From the NCBI GenBank assembly GCA_009777345.1, contig WRMB01000006.1:25286-89285 (forward strand): a stretch of DNA of 64,000 nt. The letters run 5' to 3'. Positions 30,501 to 38,770 of the stretch are shown piece after piece. The translations under genes and the position numbers were made by a program. The stretch comes from Micrococcales bacterium. GTDB taxonomy: Bacteria > Actinomycetota > Actinomycetes > Actinomycetales > Cellulomonadaceae. How positions within the stretch are numbered: the stretch's first letter is position 1; each line of letters opens with the position of its first letter. A model generated the notes under the pieces. The model saw only the letters and a list, made by a program, of their open reading frames with translations. It was not told where the DNA came from and ran no database searches.

Positions 30501-31119
30501 CGAGCGGGAGATGCTCGGCCTGTATGTCTCGGACCATCCGCTGTCCGGGCTGGAGCACGTGCTGGCCGGGGCGGCGGACACCTCGGTCGCGGCGCTGGTC
30601 GGCGACGAGGAACGCCCCGACGGTTCGCAGGTGACGGTCGCGGGCCTGGTCACGACGCTGACCCGGAAGATGTCGAAGCAGGGCAACCCGTGGGCGCAGG
30701 TGACCATCGAGGACATGGAAGGCTCGGTCGACGTGCTGTTCTTCGGCGAGACCTACCTGGCCTACTCGGCGGTCCTGGCCGAGGACGCGGTGCTGGCGGT
30801 CAAGGGTCGGGTGCGGCGGCGGGACGAGACCATCCAGATCCAGGCCGTCGAGGTCAGCGTGCCGGACACCTCCCACACCGACGATGCCCCTCTGGTCGTC
30901 CACCTGGACACCGCGCGCTGCACCCCACCGGTGGTCGAGCGCCTGCGCGAGGTGCTGGGCACCCACCCGGGGACCGTCGAGGTGCACGTCCGCCTCACCA
31001 GCCCGGGCCGGGCCACGGTGATGAAGCTCGACGACCGTCTGCGCGTCACCCGCACCCCGGCCCTGTTCGGCGACCTCAAGGCCCTGCTCGGCGCGGGCTG
31101 CCTGCAGCTGACGACGTGA
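27502..31119 (+). CDS. dnaE: DNA polymerase III alpha subunit
   Basis: HLHCHSDYSMLDG PHP domain, GRGSAAGS, FERFLNPER, PDIDVDF, KMDFLGL, FNKAH, OB-fold. Normal length, no intein. Confidence 0.98.
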   Translation: MAAPDEPHDHAAVPGTASVPDTASSDGFVHLHCHSDYSMLDGAARVKDMLTEAQRLGQPAMALTDHGYLFGAYDFWATARDLGVKPIIGLEAYVTPGTSRFDRTKVRWGDPSQKDDDVSASGAYTHMTLLSRTTAGMHNLFRLGSLASLDGQMGKWPRMDRELLDRYHDGLIATTGCPSGEVQTRLRLGQYDEALRAAGELQDLFGSDAFYVELMDHGLDIEQRVIKDLLRLAEAIGAPLLATNDLHYAHESDAHAHEALLAVQSGSTLDEPTYEQGGNRFAFSGSGYYVKPAAAMRRTWAELPSACDNTLLVAEQCEVDFPSGANYMPRYAVPAGEDENSWFVKEVERGLHGRYRGQVPDDVHTRAQYEVETITSLGFAGYFLVVADFIGWAKQQGIRVGPGRGSAAGSMVSYAMGITELDPIRHGLIFERFLNPERVSWPDIDVDFDERRRGEVIRYVTDKYGDDRVAQIVTYGTIKAKQALKDSSRVLGFPFAMGEKLTKAMPPSVMGKDIPLSGIEDPEHPRYAEAEEFRQVVAADPEAQRVVETARGLEGLKRQWGVHAAGVIMSCDPLVDIIPIMKRPQDGATITQFDYPTCEGLGLIKMDFLGLRNLTIIDDALANIVANGKVALDLESLELDDGATYELLARGDTLGVFQLDGGPMRSLLRQMRPDSFEDISAVLALYRPGPMGVGSHTNYALRKNNLQKIEPIHPELEAPLREVLEPTYGLIVYQEQVQWAAQILAGYSLGQADLLRRAMGKKKKEILDSEFVPFAAGCRERGYSDAAISAVWDVLVPFAGYAFNKAHTAGYGLVSYWTAYLKANYATEYMAALLTSVRDDKDKSALYLNECRRMGIKVLPPDVNASSALFTAVGDDIRFGLTAVRNVGAGVVDDIVTARRDAGAFTSFTDFLDKVPAAVCNKRTIESLIKAGAFDSLHPSRRALLLVHEQAVDAVIGVKRKEAEGQFDLFADVFGAADDATFTVAVPDVSDWDKKQRLAFEREMLGLYVSDHPLSGLEHVLAGAADTSVAALVGDEERPDGSQVTVAGLVTTLTRKMSKQGNPWAQVTIEDMEGSVDVLFFGETYLAYSAVLAEDAVLAVKGRVRRRDETIQIQAVEVSVPDTSHTDDAPLVVHLDTARCTPPVVERLREVLGTHPGTVEVHVRLTSPGRATVMKLDDRLRVTRTPALFGDLKALLGAGCLQLTT

Positions 31120-32645
31120 GTGCCAGACCGGGGCACAGGAGACGAGCCGTCGGCGTGCTGGGCCTGCTGGTGGCGGTCGGCTGCACGGTGGTGCCGGTGG
31201 CCGGTCCGGCGACCGGCGCGGCTCAGGCACCGCAGGTGCCGACGGTCGAGCCCGTCTGGCCGGAGCAGTTCCTCATGGGGATCGCTTCCCACCTGGGGAA
31301 CAGCAGGCCACGGGCCTCCGACGGCAAGCGGGACGGCGAGATCGCCCTGACCGAGCTGGGTGCCACCACCCTGCGCGACGAGGCCGGCTGGGCGGACATC
31401 GACCATCCGGGCTGGGCGGACGCCCTGCAGATCGTCCCGCAGCACGGCGGGACCATCATGCTGCTGCTGGACTACGGCAACCCGAACTACCTGGAGGGTG
31501 GGGCCTTCCCGGACACCCCGGAGGAGCGTCAGGCATTTTTGGAGTACGCGCTGACGCTCGTGGCCAAGGTCGGCCCGGAGAACCTGGCCGGGCTCGAGGT
31601 GTGGAACGAGTGGTCCAACTACCTGGGCTGGCACGGCGCCTACCGGTGGGGCGACCCGTGCCCGGTGGACCCGTCCGACGCGCCGGGCTGTCCCCGGGTC
31701 TACGCCCAGCTGGTGGAGTCCCTGCTCTACCCGGAACGCGAGGGTCTGGACCTGCCGTCGTTGCGGGAGGCCGCCCCCGGGGTGCCGGTCGTCGTCAACG
31801 CCGTCTCGGCGCGCGACGCACCGTGGACCGAGACCGTGATGTCGCAGCTGCGCGACCGGGACGTCCAGGTGGACGGTGCGGTGCTGCACCCCTACGTCTC
31901 CGGGGAGAACGGCTGCCCCGGCACGTCGAGCACCCCGGCGGGGGCGCAGGTCGCCGCCGCCTGCGTACGGCTCGTGGCCGACGAGGTGGCCGCCGCCTAC
32001 GGGCAGCGGCTGCCGATCTACGTCACCGAGGTCGGCTGGTCGTCGTACGACGGTCCGCACGGGGTCAGCGAAGACGTCCAGGCCCGCAACCTGGTCGAGT
32101 TCTACGTGCGGGCCCGGGCCACCGGTGACGTGGCCGGGATCTGGTGGTACGACCTGGTCGAAGACCGGAACGACGACCCCGGCGAGGTCCACTTCGGCCT
32201 GATCCGGCGCGACCCGTCCGACCCGATGCGCCCCGGCGAGACCAAACCCGCAGGTCACGCCTATGCTGCGCTGGCTCGTTTCTGGGCGGGGTGCGCCGAG
32301 GTCGACGGTATGTACCAGGAGAACCGGTTCACCCTGCCGTGCGCGGACGGGCAGCGGCAGATCGTCCTGGACGCGACACGGGCCGATCTGGAGACCGCCC
32401 TGGCAGATGATCTTGCCCTGGTGGACCTGCTCGGCGCGGTACCGGACGTCGGTACCGGTGGCGACGTGACCCGGCTCGTCGGGCGCCCGGTCGGCCTGGG
32501 AGTCCCCGGGTCGGCGCAGGCGGTGCCCGCGCCTTCCGCGCCTAGCGTCTGGCAGCCTGTGACGATCGCGGCGGTCGTGGTGGCCGTGGTGCTGGTCGGT
32601 CTGGTTGGTGGGTATGTCCGGCGTCGGACGCGGCGCCGTTGGTAG
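31116..32645 (+). CDS. Secreted, C-terminally anchored clan GH-A glycoside hydrolase (GH39/GH5-like)
   Basis: Signal peptide; EVWNE (acid/base) and YVTEVGW (nucleophile); WWYDL, FGLI; C-terminal TM helix followed by RRRTRRRW. GTG start overlaps the dnaE stop. Confidence 0.75.
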   Translation: MSARPGHRRRAVGVLGLLVAVGCTVVPVAGPATGAAQAPQVPTVEPVWPEQFLMGIASHLGNSRPRASDGKRDGEIALTELGATTLRDEAGWADIDHPGWADALQIVPQHGGTIMLLLDYGNPNYLEGGAFPDTPEERQAFLEYALTLVAKVGPENLAGLEVWNEWSNYLGWHGAYRWGDPCPVDPSDAPGCPRVYAQLVESLLYPEREGLDLPSLREAAPGVPVVVNAVSARDAPWTETVMSQLRDRDVQVDGAVLHPYVSGENGCPGTSSTPAGAQVAAACVRLVADEVAAAYGQRLPIYVTEVGWSSYDGPHGVSEDVQARNLVEFYVRARATGDVAGIWWYDLVEDRNDDPGEVHFGLIRRDPSDPMRPGETKPAGHAYAALARFWAGCAEVDGMYQENRFTLPCADGQRQIVLDATRADLETALADDLALVDLLGAVPDVGTGGDVTRLVGRPVGLGVPGSAQAVPAPSAPSVWQPVTIAAVVVAVVLVGLVGGYVRRRTRRRW

Positions 32646-32666
32646 AACCGCCGCGACGCTCTGGGT

Positions 32667-33419
32667 TCAGGCCTCGGCGGCGGCGGTGTCCAGCAGCCAG
32701 ACGGTCTCGGTGCGGCCTACGGCACCGGCGGCGGGGATATCGGCCGGGATACCGCCGTGCAGGGCGTGGGCGACGGCGTCGGCCTTGGCCGCACCGGCGG
32801 CGACCACCCAGACGCGCCGGGCGGCCCGGATGGTGGGGAAGGTGAAGGAGACCCGGGTCGCCGGGGGCTTGGGGGAGTCGTGCACCGCGGTCACCGAGAC
32901 GTCCCGGACGCTGGCGGCCGGGTGGCCGGGGAACAGCGACGCGACGTGCCCGTCCGGGCCGAGACCGAGCAGGGCGATGTCGAAGTCGGGCGCCTGGGCA
33001 CCGAACGGGGACGCGTCGTCCAGCGCGTCGGCGTAGCGGCGGGCGGCGGTCTCCGCGTCGGGCACGTCCGGGCCGGGCCCGGGGACGGGGTGGACGTTCT
33101 CCGGCGGCAGGCGGTCGCCGAGCTGGTCGAGGAGGGCCAGCCGGGCACCGGTCTCGTTGCGCTCCGGGTCACCGGTGGGCAGGAACCGCTCGTCGGACCA
33201 CCACAGGTGCACACCGCTCCACTCGACCAGGTCCAGCAGCGGGTCGTCGGCCATAGCCGCCAGGGTGTCGGTACCCACGCCGCCGCCGGTGAGCGCGACG
33301 TGCACCGGGGTGTTGACGCTCTGGGCGTCGACCAGGGTGAGCAGCAGCCGACTGGCCGTGGTTCGGGCGACCGCGGCAGCGTCGGGCACGACGACGACCC
33401 GCCGGTTCACGACGGGCAT
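32667..33419 (-). CDS. pgl: 6-phosphogluconolactonase
   Basis: ALTGGG, WSDERF, LGLGPDGHVASLFP, SPKPP...RVSFT. Confidence 0.93.
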   Translation of the reverse strand: MPVVNRRVVVVPDAAAVARTTASRLLLTLVDAQSVNTPVHVALTGGGVGTDTLAAMADDPLLDLVEWSGVHLWWSDERFLPTGDPERNETGARLALLDQLGDRLPPENVHPVPGPGPDVPDAETAARRYADALDDASPFGAQAPDFDIALLGLGPDGHVASLFPGHPAASVRDVSVTAVHDSPKPPATRVSFTFPTIRAARRVWVVAAGAAKADAVAHALHGGIPADIPAAGAVGRTETVWLLDTAAAEA

Positions 33420-33447
33420 CCCTCTGTCGTGGTCACCCAGGCCGGGC

Positions 33448-35688
33448 TCACGAAGCCCCCTGCCCGGCGCGCGCCGCCGCCATGTTTTCTGCCGTGCCTT
33501 CTACCGCCGCACCGTGGACGGTCGAACCCCAGGCCGCGGCGATGGACTCGTGCGCCGCCGCGACGACCGCCTCGGTGGTGATCCCCAGCTCGGCGAACAG
33601 CCGCTGCGGCGACGCCGACGCTCCGAAGCGCTCCAGCGACACCGCGCGGCCGTGGTCGCCGAGCAGCCGGTACCAGGGCATGGCGATCCCGGCCTCGACC
33701 GATACCCGGGCGCGCACCTGCGGCGGCAGCACCTGGTCCCGGTAGGCCGGGGGCTGTTCGTCGAACCACTCCAGGCAGGGCACCGAGACCACCCGGGCGG
33801 CGACGCCGTCGGCGGCGAGCCGTTCGCGGGCGGCCACCGCCAGGGCCACCTCCGACCCGGTGGCCAGCAGCACGACGTCCGGTGCACGCCCAGTGTCTTC
33901 GGCGGGCAGCCCGGAGCCCAGCACAGGGGAGCCCAGCACAGGGGCGTCCAGCAGGGTGTAGGCGCCGCGGGCCACGTCCGCCGGGGCGTAGCCGTCGGTG
34001 CCACGCGGGAACGTCGGCACGTCCTGCCTGGTCAGCACCAGGGCGACAGGACCGTCGTCGCGGCTGAGCACGGCGGCCCAGGCGGCGGTGGTCTCGTTGG
34101 CGTCGGCGGGGCGGACCACCGCCAGCCCGGGGATGGCCCGGTAGGCGGCCAGGTGCTCGACCGGCTGGTGGGTGGGGCCGTCCTCGCCCAGGCCGATCGA
34201 GTCGTGCGTCCACACGTACACCACGCGCGCTTCCATCAGCGCCGCCAGCCGCACCGCCGGGCGCATGTAGTCGGCGAACTGGAAGAACGTGCCGCCGTAC
34301 GGCCGCGTCAACCCGTGGAGCCAGATACCGGACAGGATCGCCCCCATGGCGTGCTCGCGGATGCCGAAGTGTATGGTCCGCCCGTAAGGCTCACCGGGCC
34401 GCTGGGCCGACGACCGGGCCGTGGGCAGGAACGACGGTTCGGCGGTTATCGTCGTGTTGTTCGACCCGGCCAGGTCGGCCGAACCGCCCCACAGCTCGGG
34501 CAGCAGGGGGGCCAGGGTGTTGAGCACGGTGCCGGACGCGGCTCGGGTCGCGAGGTCCTGGCCCGCCTCGAAGACGGGCAGCGCCTCGGCCCAACCGTCG
34601 GGCAGCCGCCGGGCGACCAGCCGGTCCAGCAGCGCCTTGCGCTCGGGGTGCGCCGCCGCCCAGGCGTCGAACGACGCCTGCCAGACCGCCCGGTCGGCCG
34701 CGGCCCGGTCGCGCAGGGCGCGGGTGTGTGCCAGCACGTCGTCGGCGACGACGAACGTCGCGTCCGGGTCGAACCCGAGGGTCTGCTTCAGCCCGCGCAC
34801 CGCCGCGGTGCCCAGTTTCGCCCCGTGGGCCGAGGCGTCGGCGGTCTTGCCCGGTGTCGGCCAGGCGATGAGGGTGCGCAGCGCGACGAACGACGGTCGT
34901 CCGGTCTCGGCCTTCGCCGCGTCGAGCGCCGCCGCCAGGGCGTCGACGTTTTCGCGGTAGGTCCCACCGTTACTGGTCGGGTCGGTCCAGTCGACGGTCT
35001 GGGTGTGCCAGCCGTACGCGGCGTACCGGGCGACGACGTCCTCGGTGAACGTGATCTGAGTGTCGCCCTCGATGGAGATCTGGTTGTCGTCCCAGATCAC
35101 CACGAGGTTGCCGAGCTCCTGGGTACCGGCCAGCGACCCGGCCTCGGCGGTGACGCCCTCCTCGATGTCCCCGTCGGAGGCGATGACGACGATGTGGTGG
35201 TCGAAAGGCGAGGTGCCCGGTGCGGCGTCCGGGTCGAGCAGGCCCCGTTCGCGCCGCGCGGCCATCGCCATGCCCACCGCCGACGCCAGGCCCTGGCCCA
35301 GCGGCCCGGTGGTCATCTCCACCCCGGCGGTCAGCCCGTGCTCCGGGTGGCCCGGGGTCAGCGAGCCCCAGGTGCGCAGCGCCTGCAGGTCGGCCAGCTC
35401 CAGGCCGAACCCACCGAGGTACAGCTGCACGTACTGGGTGAGCGCGCTGTGCCCGCAGGACAGCACGAACCGGTCCCGGCCCAGCCAGGTCGGGTCGGCC
35501 GGGTCGTGCCGCAGCACGTTCTGGTACAGCAGGTACGCGACCGGGGCCAGGCTGATCGCGGTGCCGGGATGGCCGTTGCCGACCTTCTCCACCGCGTCGG
35601 CGGTGAGCACCCGGGCGGTGTCGACCGCCCGCAGGTCCAGATCGGTCCAGCCCACGTGCTGGGCGAGCGGCGCCTTCACTCTCTCCAA
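33448..35688 (-). CDS. tkt: Transketolase
   Basis: GHPG, DRFVLSCGH, TPGHPE, TTGPLGQG, SDGDIEEG (TPP motif), FGIREH, THDSIGLGEDGPTHQP. Confidence 0.97.
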   Translation of the reverse strand: MERVKAPLAQHVGWTDLDLRAVDTARVLTADAVEKVGNGHPGTAISLAPVAYLLYQNVLRHDPADPTWLGRDRFVLSCGHSALTQYVQLYLGGFGLELADLQALRTWGSLTPGHPEHGLTAGVEMTTGPLGQGLASAVGMAMAARRERGLLDPDAAPGTSPFDHHIVVIASDGDIEEGVTAEAGSLAGTQELGNLVVIWDDNQISIEGDTQITFTEDVVARYAAYGWHTQTVDWTDPTSNGGTYRENVDALAAALDAAKAETGRPSFVALRTLIAWPTPGKTADASAHGAKLGTAAVRGLKQTLGFDPDATFVVADDVLAHTRALRDRAAADRAVWQASFDAWAAAHPERKALLDRLVARRLPDGWAEALPVFEAGQDLATRAASGTVLNTLAPLLPELWGGSADLAGSNNTTITAEPSFLPTARSSAQRPGEPYGRTIHFGIREHAMGAILSGIWLHGLTRPYGGTFFQFADYMRPAVRLAALMEARVVYVWTHDSIGLGEDGPTHQPVEHLAAYRAIPGLAVVRPADANETTAAWAAVLSRDDGPVALVLTRQDVPTFPRGTDGYAPADVARGAYTLLDAPVLGSPVLGSGLPAEDTGRAPDVVLLATGSEVALAVAARERLAADGVAARVVSVPCLEWFDEQPPAYRDQVLPPQVRARVSVEAGIAMPWYRLLGDHGRAVSLERFGASASPQRLFAELGITTEAVVAAAHESIAAAWGSTVHGAAVEGTAENMAAARAGQGAS

Positions 35689-36067
35689 CCACCTTCCACG
35701 CCGTCACCGGCGTTGTCGTCACAGGGTCGTCGTTGTGCTGCTGTCGTCACGACTGGCAGCGTGCTGCTCTGCGGCGCTCCTGGGCAGCACCCCTGGCCGT
35801 CTGGGAGCACCTTAGCCCCGAGCCCGGTCTGCGGCTTGTCCGGGTCCGTACAGCGGACGGTGGGTGGTTGAGGAAGGGACCGAAGGCCTGGCCGACCGGC
35901 CGGTGGGCGGCGCGTCCGGAACGTCGGGAATGTCCGAGGCAGGACGAGTGATGTGGTTAGGCCGTCTGTCGGACGTTTTTCCGGGGGCGCCCGTCGGCCG
36001 GGGGTGCTGGGATAGTTTTTTGGGCTTGTCGGTCCGAGACGCGGGCCATGAGCGTCGAGGACGGGTA

Positions 36068-36296
36068 ATGAGCGTGCGGCAGTGGGCGGACCGGGCAGTG
36101 AGCATGCTCGTCGTCGTGGTTCTGGTGGCCTCGGGGCTGGCGGCGGTGTCGGTGGTCTCGGGTGCGGGGGTGGCCCCGGCGGCGGCGGTCCCGGGGCCGG
36201 TCTCGGTCGTCCCGACGGCGGTGTCGCTGGAAGCGGACCGGATGGTGTTCGCGGTCGGCGAGCAGGTGACGCTGACCGCGACCCCTGACCAGGACG
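36068..36296 (+). pseudogene. N-terminal remnant (signal peptide + start of a beta-rich domain) of a large secreted RHS-type protein
   Basis: MSVRQWADRAVSMLVVVVLVASGLAAVSVVSGAGVAPAAA|VPGPVSVVPTAVSLEADRMVFAVGEQVTLTATPDQD in host-like GC, then an abrupt switch to lower-GC toxin sequence in another frame. Confidence 0.6.
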
Positions 36297-36623
36297 ACTG
36301 CGAACACCGCGGCTCGCACGTCAGGGAGCCTGACCGACCTTCGCATCGCCGCGCAGGCTGCGGATCGCAATGGCCTGACACAAGTTGGACGCGCTCTGCA
36401 GAAACACTCGGGACGTGGGGGCAGCGTGTTCGAAGGCATGTCAACTGGCAGTGCGACCGCACGGAACGAACAGGGTCTTCGGGTGCTGGACGATATTCTC
36501 AGCGATCCAAACAGGCGCACCGAGGTACTGGATCGTGTGACGAACATCTAGGACTCACAGGGTCGCGGTGTTCGTTATGGCAATGACGGGTCGTTCATGG
36601 GATTCTTGGAGCCGATCAGATGA
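36297..36623 (+). pseudogene. Toxin C-terminal domain 1 (RALQKH...GFLEP type) with internal stop
   Basis: My translation: TANTAAR...DRNGLTQVGRALQKHSGRGGSVF...RNEQGLRVLDDILSDP...TNI*DSQGRGVRYGNDGSFMGFLEPIR. In-frame TAG at 36549-36551; terminal TGA overlaps the next ATG. Confidence 0.7.
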
Positions 36624-36826
36624 AAATGTACAAACTTCTACTGGTAAGCGCTGTCGGAGACCGCGATGGCATGGCGCTTGAACTCGCAACAGAGTCTGGT
36701 GAGCAGGTTGCCGAAGTTTTTATGGACGATCTTACGGGTGCTCGAACCGTTAGATTCTACACGGACCATCCCGTACCGCTAGATGTTGTGACGTGGCTTC
36801 TTTCTGAAGCTGCAAGGCGATTGTGA
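36620..36826 (+). CDS. Putative immunity protein for toxin 1
   Basis: 68-aa acidic ORF with ATGA overlap to the toxin stop: DRDGMALEL...VAEVFMDD...VVTWLLSEAARRL. Confidence 0.65.
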   Translation: MKMYKLLLVSAVGDRDGMALELATESGEQVAEVFMDDLTGARTVRFYTDHPVPLDVVTWLLSEAARRL

Positions 36827-36875
36827 AACCGTGAAAGAGGTGGCCAAACTGGCAAGGGTGATGTATGGGAATTGA

Positions 36876-37031
36876 GGCAGCAGCGGCGCCACCTGGTCGG
36901 CGGCCGAGGGTACGTGCACCGTGAAGACCTCGTTCCAAAACTCAGATGGAGTGATCGTGACGGCCCATCGCGGTAAAAGTTATGATGATCTGGCTGGCAG
37001 GGCAAGGAACAACGGGTGGTCAGGATGGTAG
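36876..37031 (+). pseudogene. Toxin C-terminal tip 2 (fragment)
   Basis: ...TSFQNSDGVIVTAHRGKSYDDLAGRARNNGWSGW*. No start codon; its stop overlaps the DUF2283 ATG. Confidence 0.45.
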
Positions 37032-37189
37032 AATGTTCGCTTGTGTATACGTACGACAGAGTCGCAGACGCCTCCTATATTTACATGCGCCCGTTCGAGC
37101 CGGATTCGCTGGCAAGGACCGGTTTCGCGGACATCAGAAGGGCGACAACGTTGGATTCAATGTTAAGGATTCTCGGAGGAATACAGTGA
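37025..37189 (+). pseudogene. DUF2283 protein, N-terminal half
   Basis: MVECSLVYTYDRVADASYIYMRPFEPDSLART matches the YD..ADA.YI start of DUF2283. Similarity ends at about 37132. Confidence 0.65.
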
Positions 37190-37521
37190 CAAAGAAGGAG
37201 CAGGAAATCCATGCTCGCTGGGCCAACAGTATCCCGTCGAATCGCGACACGGGAGACCCGTGCTATCGAGAGGAGTGGTATCTCGAGCAGTGTGGGAACT
37301 GTCGTCACTGGATCTCTCTGGAGGGCCCTCTCGGTGCCGACTGGGGAGTTTGTTCGAACGGCGATTCGACGCTTGACGGTCACGTAATGTTTGAGCATGA
37401 CGGATGTGATTCGTTCGAGACGGCGACTGGGGCTTCTGATGGGAAAGACGACGTTCTTGGGCCTACGGAGTGCACGCCGCCTCGTGGAGATGATCATCGG
37501 TCGAGGAACACCATTCTATGA
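37186..37521 (+). CDS. DUF3027-like Cys-rich protein (orphan immunity-type); C-terminal tail probably read-through
   Basis: RBS GGAGGA; QCGNCRHWISLEGPLGADWGVCSNGDSTLDGHVMFEHDGC. Confidence 0.65.
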   Translation: MTKKEQEIHARWANSIPSNRDTGDPCYREEWYLEQCGNCRHWISLEGPLGADWGVCSNGDSTLDGHVMFEHDGCDSFETATGASDGKDDVLGPTECTPPRGDDHRSRNTIL

Positions 37522-37654
37522 CAGGAGCGGAGTCCCGAAGGTACGATGGGATGCAGGCGTTACGACGGGCGTCGGTCCTGACGGCTCACGTCTGACGGGT
37601 ATGATTGCCTCGTACTCCAGTAAGGGATGGCATGGCTGGCCGACGAACCTCTGA
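37439..37654 (+). pseudogene. Toxin C-terminal domain 3, Ntox50/EndoU-like (fragment)
   Basis: GKTTFLGLRSARRLVEMIIGRGTPF...VRWDAGVTTG...TGMIASYSSKGWHGWP resembles the terminal YS..G.H..P motif of polymorphic toxin type 50. Confidence 0.5.
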
Positions 37655-38124
37655 GTGGGATGTTATCAACCGGTTCCTGGTGCTGACGGTTGGGAGTCAC
37701 CGCGGGAACTGGTCGCTCGGCCGTGCGCGACAAGCCGCTTTCGATGGTATCATGGAACAACCTAGCGACGGAACTCATTGGCGGTGAGATGAAGGTCGTC
37801 ACAGACTCGAACACGAACACCTCGTGCGTTTTCGAAATCGGACCTCACGGTGACGTGCTATATCTATCAACCGTGCTTCCATTCTTTACCACGTGGTCCG
37901 GCTCCGAGTGCTTGGATCAGTGCCCCAGCTGGGCAAACCTGTTCACTGTCTGCGGGTTCTCGTACCTGGGGTCTGTCGTCACGCGGACGTTGAGCCCGTA
38001 CAAAGACAAGGAAGCCGGGCGCAGGCTCACCTACTTTGAATTACTGTTCGAATGGACGGAAGGATCGGACGGCCCGACCCAGCAGAGATTAGTAGACCCT
38101 TGGGCTTCGTACGGTGCACTGTAG
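37627..38124 (+). pseudogene. Putative immunity protein for toxin 3 (in-frame TGA at 37684 if started at ATG 37627; otherwise intact from 37690)
   Basis: Overlaps the end of the toxin 3 frame; aromatic-rich, no recognisable family. Confidence 0.45.
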
Positions 38125-38474
38125 TGACGGTGATTCTTTGGGGCGGCAAGGCGACGAAGGGCGCAGATGATGGCGTCTCGCTGTTCAAGGCTCCGCAGCG
38201 CGGTCTAGGACGAGACCAGTTTGAGAACGGATATCGATCCGAGAATTTCCCAGGGAATGACGCCCACTTCGCACGTGAACGTGAGATTGCCGACAGTTAT
38301 GCTGTCCACTACGGCGAAGGAGTCGTCGAGACGCGCATTCCGCGAAGTGTCAATAACGAGCACTTCGCATCATACGAGATGAGGTATCTGGGATCTCCGC
38401 CCGGAACGGAACTTGCAGTACCTCCTGGAAAACTTCCGTTCCTCAGTTCGTTCGAGAGGGTGCGGCACCAGTGA
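38124..38474 (+). CDS. Orphan toxin domain 4, ADP-ribosyltransferase-like fold (inferred)
   Basis: Linker GGKATKGADDG, then SLFKAP...AHFA...IADSYAVHYGEGVVETRIP...GTELAVP. The strand and Glu pattern is ART-like. GTG overlaps the upstream TAG; the frame is open. Confidence 0.55.
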   Translation: MTVILWGGKATKGADDGVSLFKAPQRGLGRDQFENGYRSENFPGNDAHFAREREIADSYAVHYGEGVVETRIPRSVNNEHFASYEMRYLGSPPGTELAVPPGKLPFLSSFERVRHQ

Positions 38475-38719
38475 TGATGCACGATCCAGTTCTGCGCCTT
38501 GTTCGGGGCGTCGTCACCCGTCACGAGGCGTATGGCTTCTATCTCGACTTTGATGAGCCGGTGGAAGGGCTAGTAGTAATAACGATGGTCGTCGATGATC
38601 CACATCTTGCGAACCCGGACTTCCCTCCCGTCGGTGCGATCGTGGAAGCCGCGCTGCTCGGCTATGCCGAGGGAACCGGGCAGCCTCGACTGAGTACCCG
38701 GCCGGCCGATCTCGCGTGA
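38471..38719 (+). CDS. S1/OB-fold protein, putative immunity for toxin 4
   Basis: VRGVVTRHEAYGFYLDFDEPVEGLVVITMV...VGAIVEAALLGY...RLSTRP follows the S1 consensus; start overlaps the toxin stop. Confidence 0.7.
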   Translation: MMMHDPVLRLVRGVVTRHEAYGFYLDFDEPVEGLVVITMVVDDPHLANPDFPPVGAIVEAALLGYAEGTGQPRLSTRPADLA

Positions 38720-38770
38720 TATGTCGTGAAAACGCGATGCGCATGCAGTGCGACACCCTGGAGCCGAGCA

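Noticed and set aside
27502-31119. Possible intein in dnaE
   Set aside because: Length is normal (about 1200 aa) and no Cys...His-Asn intein boundaries or LAGLIDADG motifs were seen.
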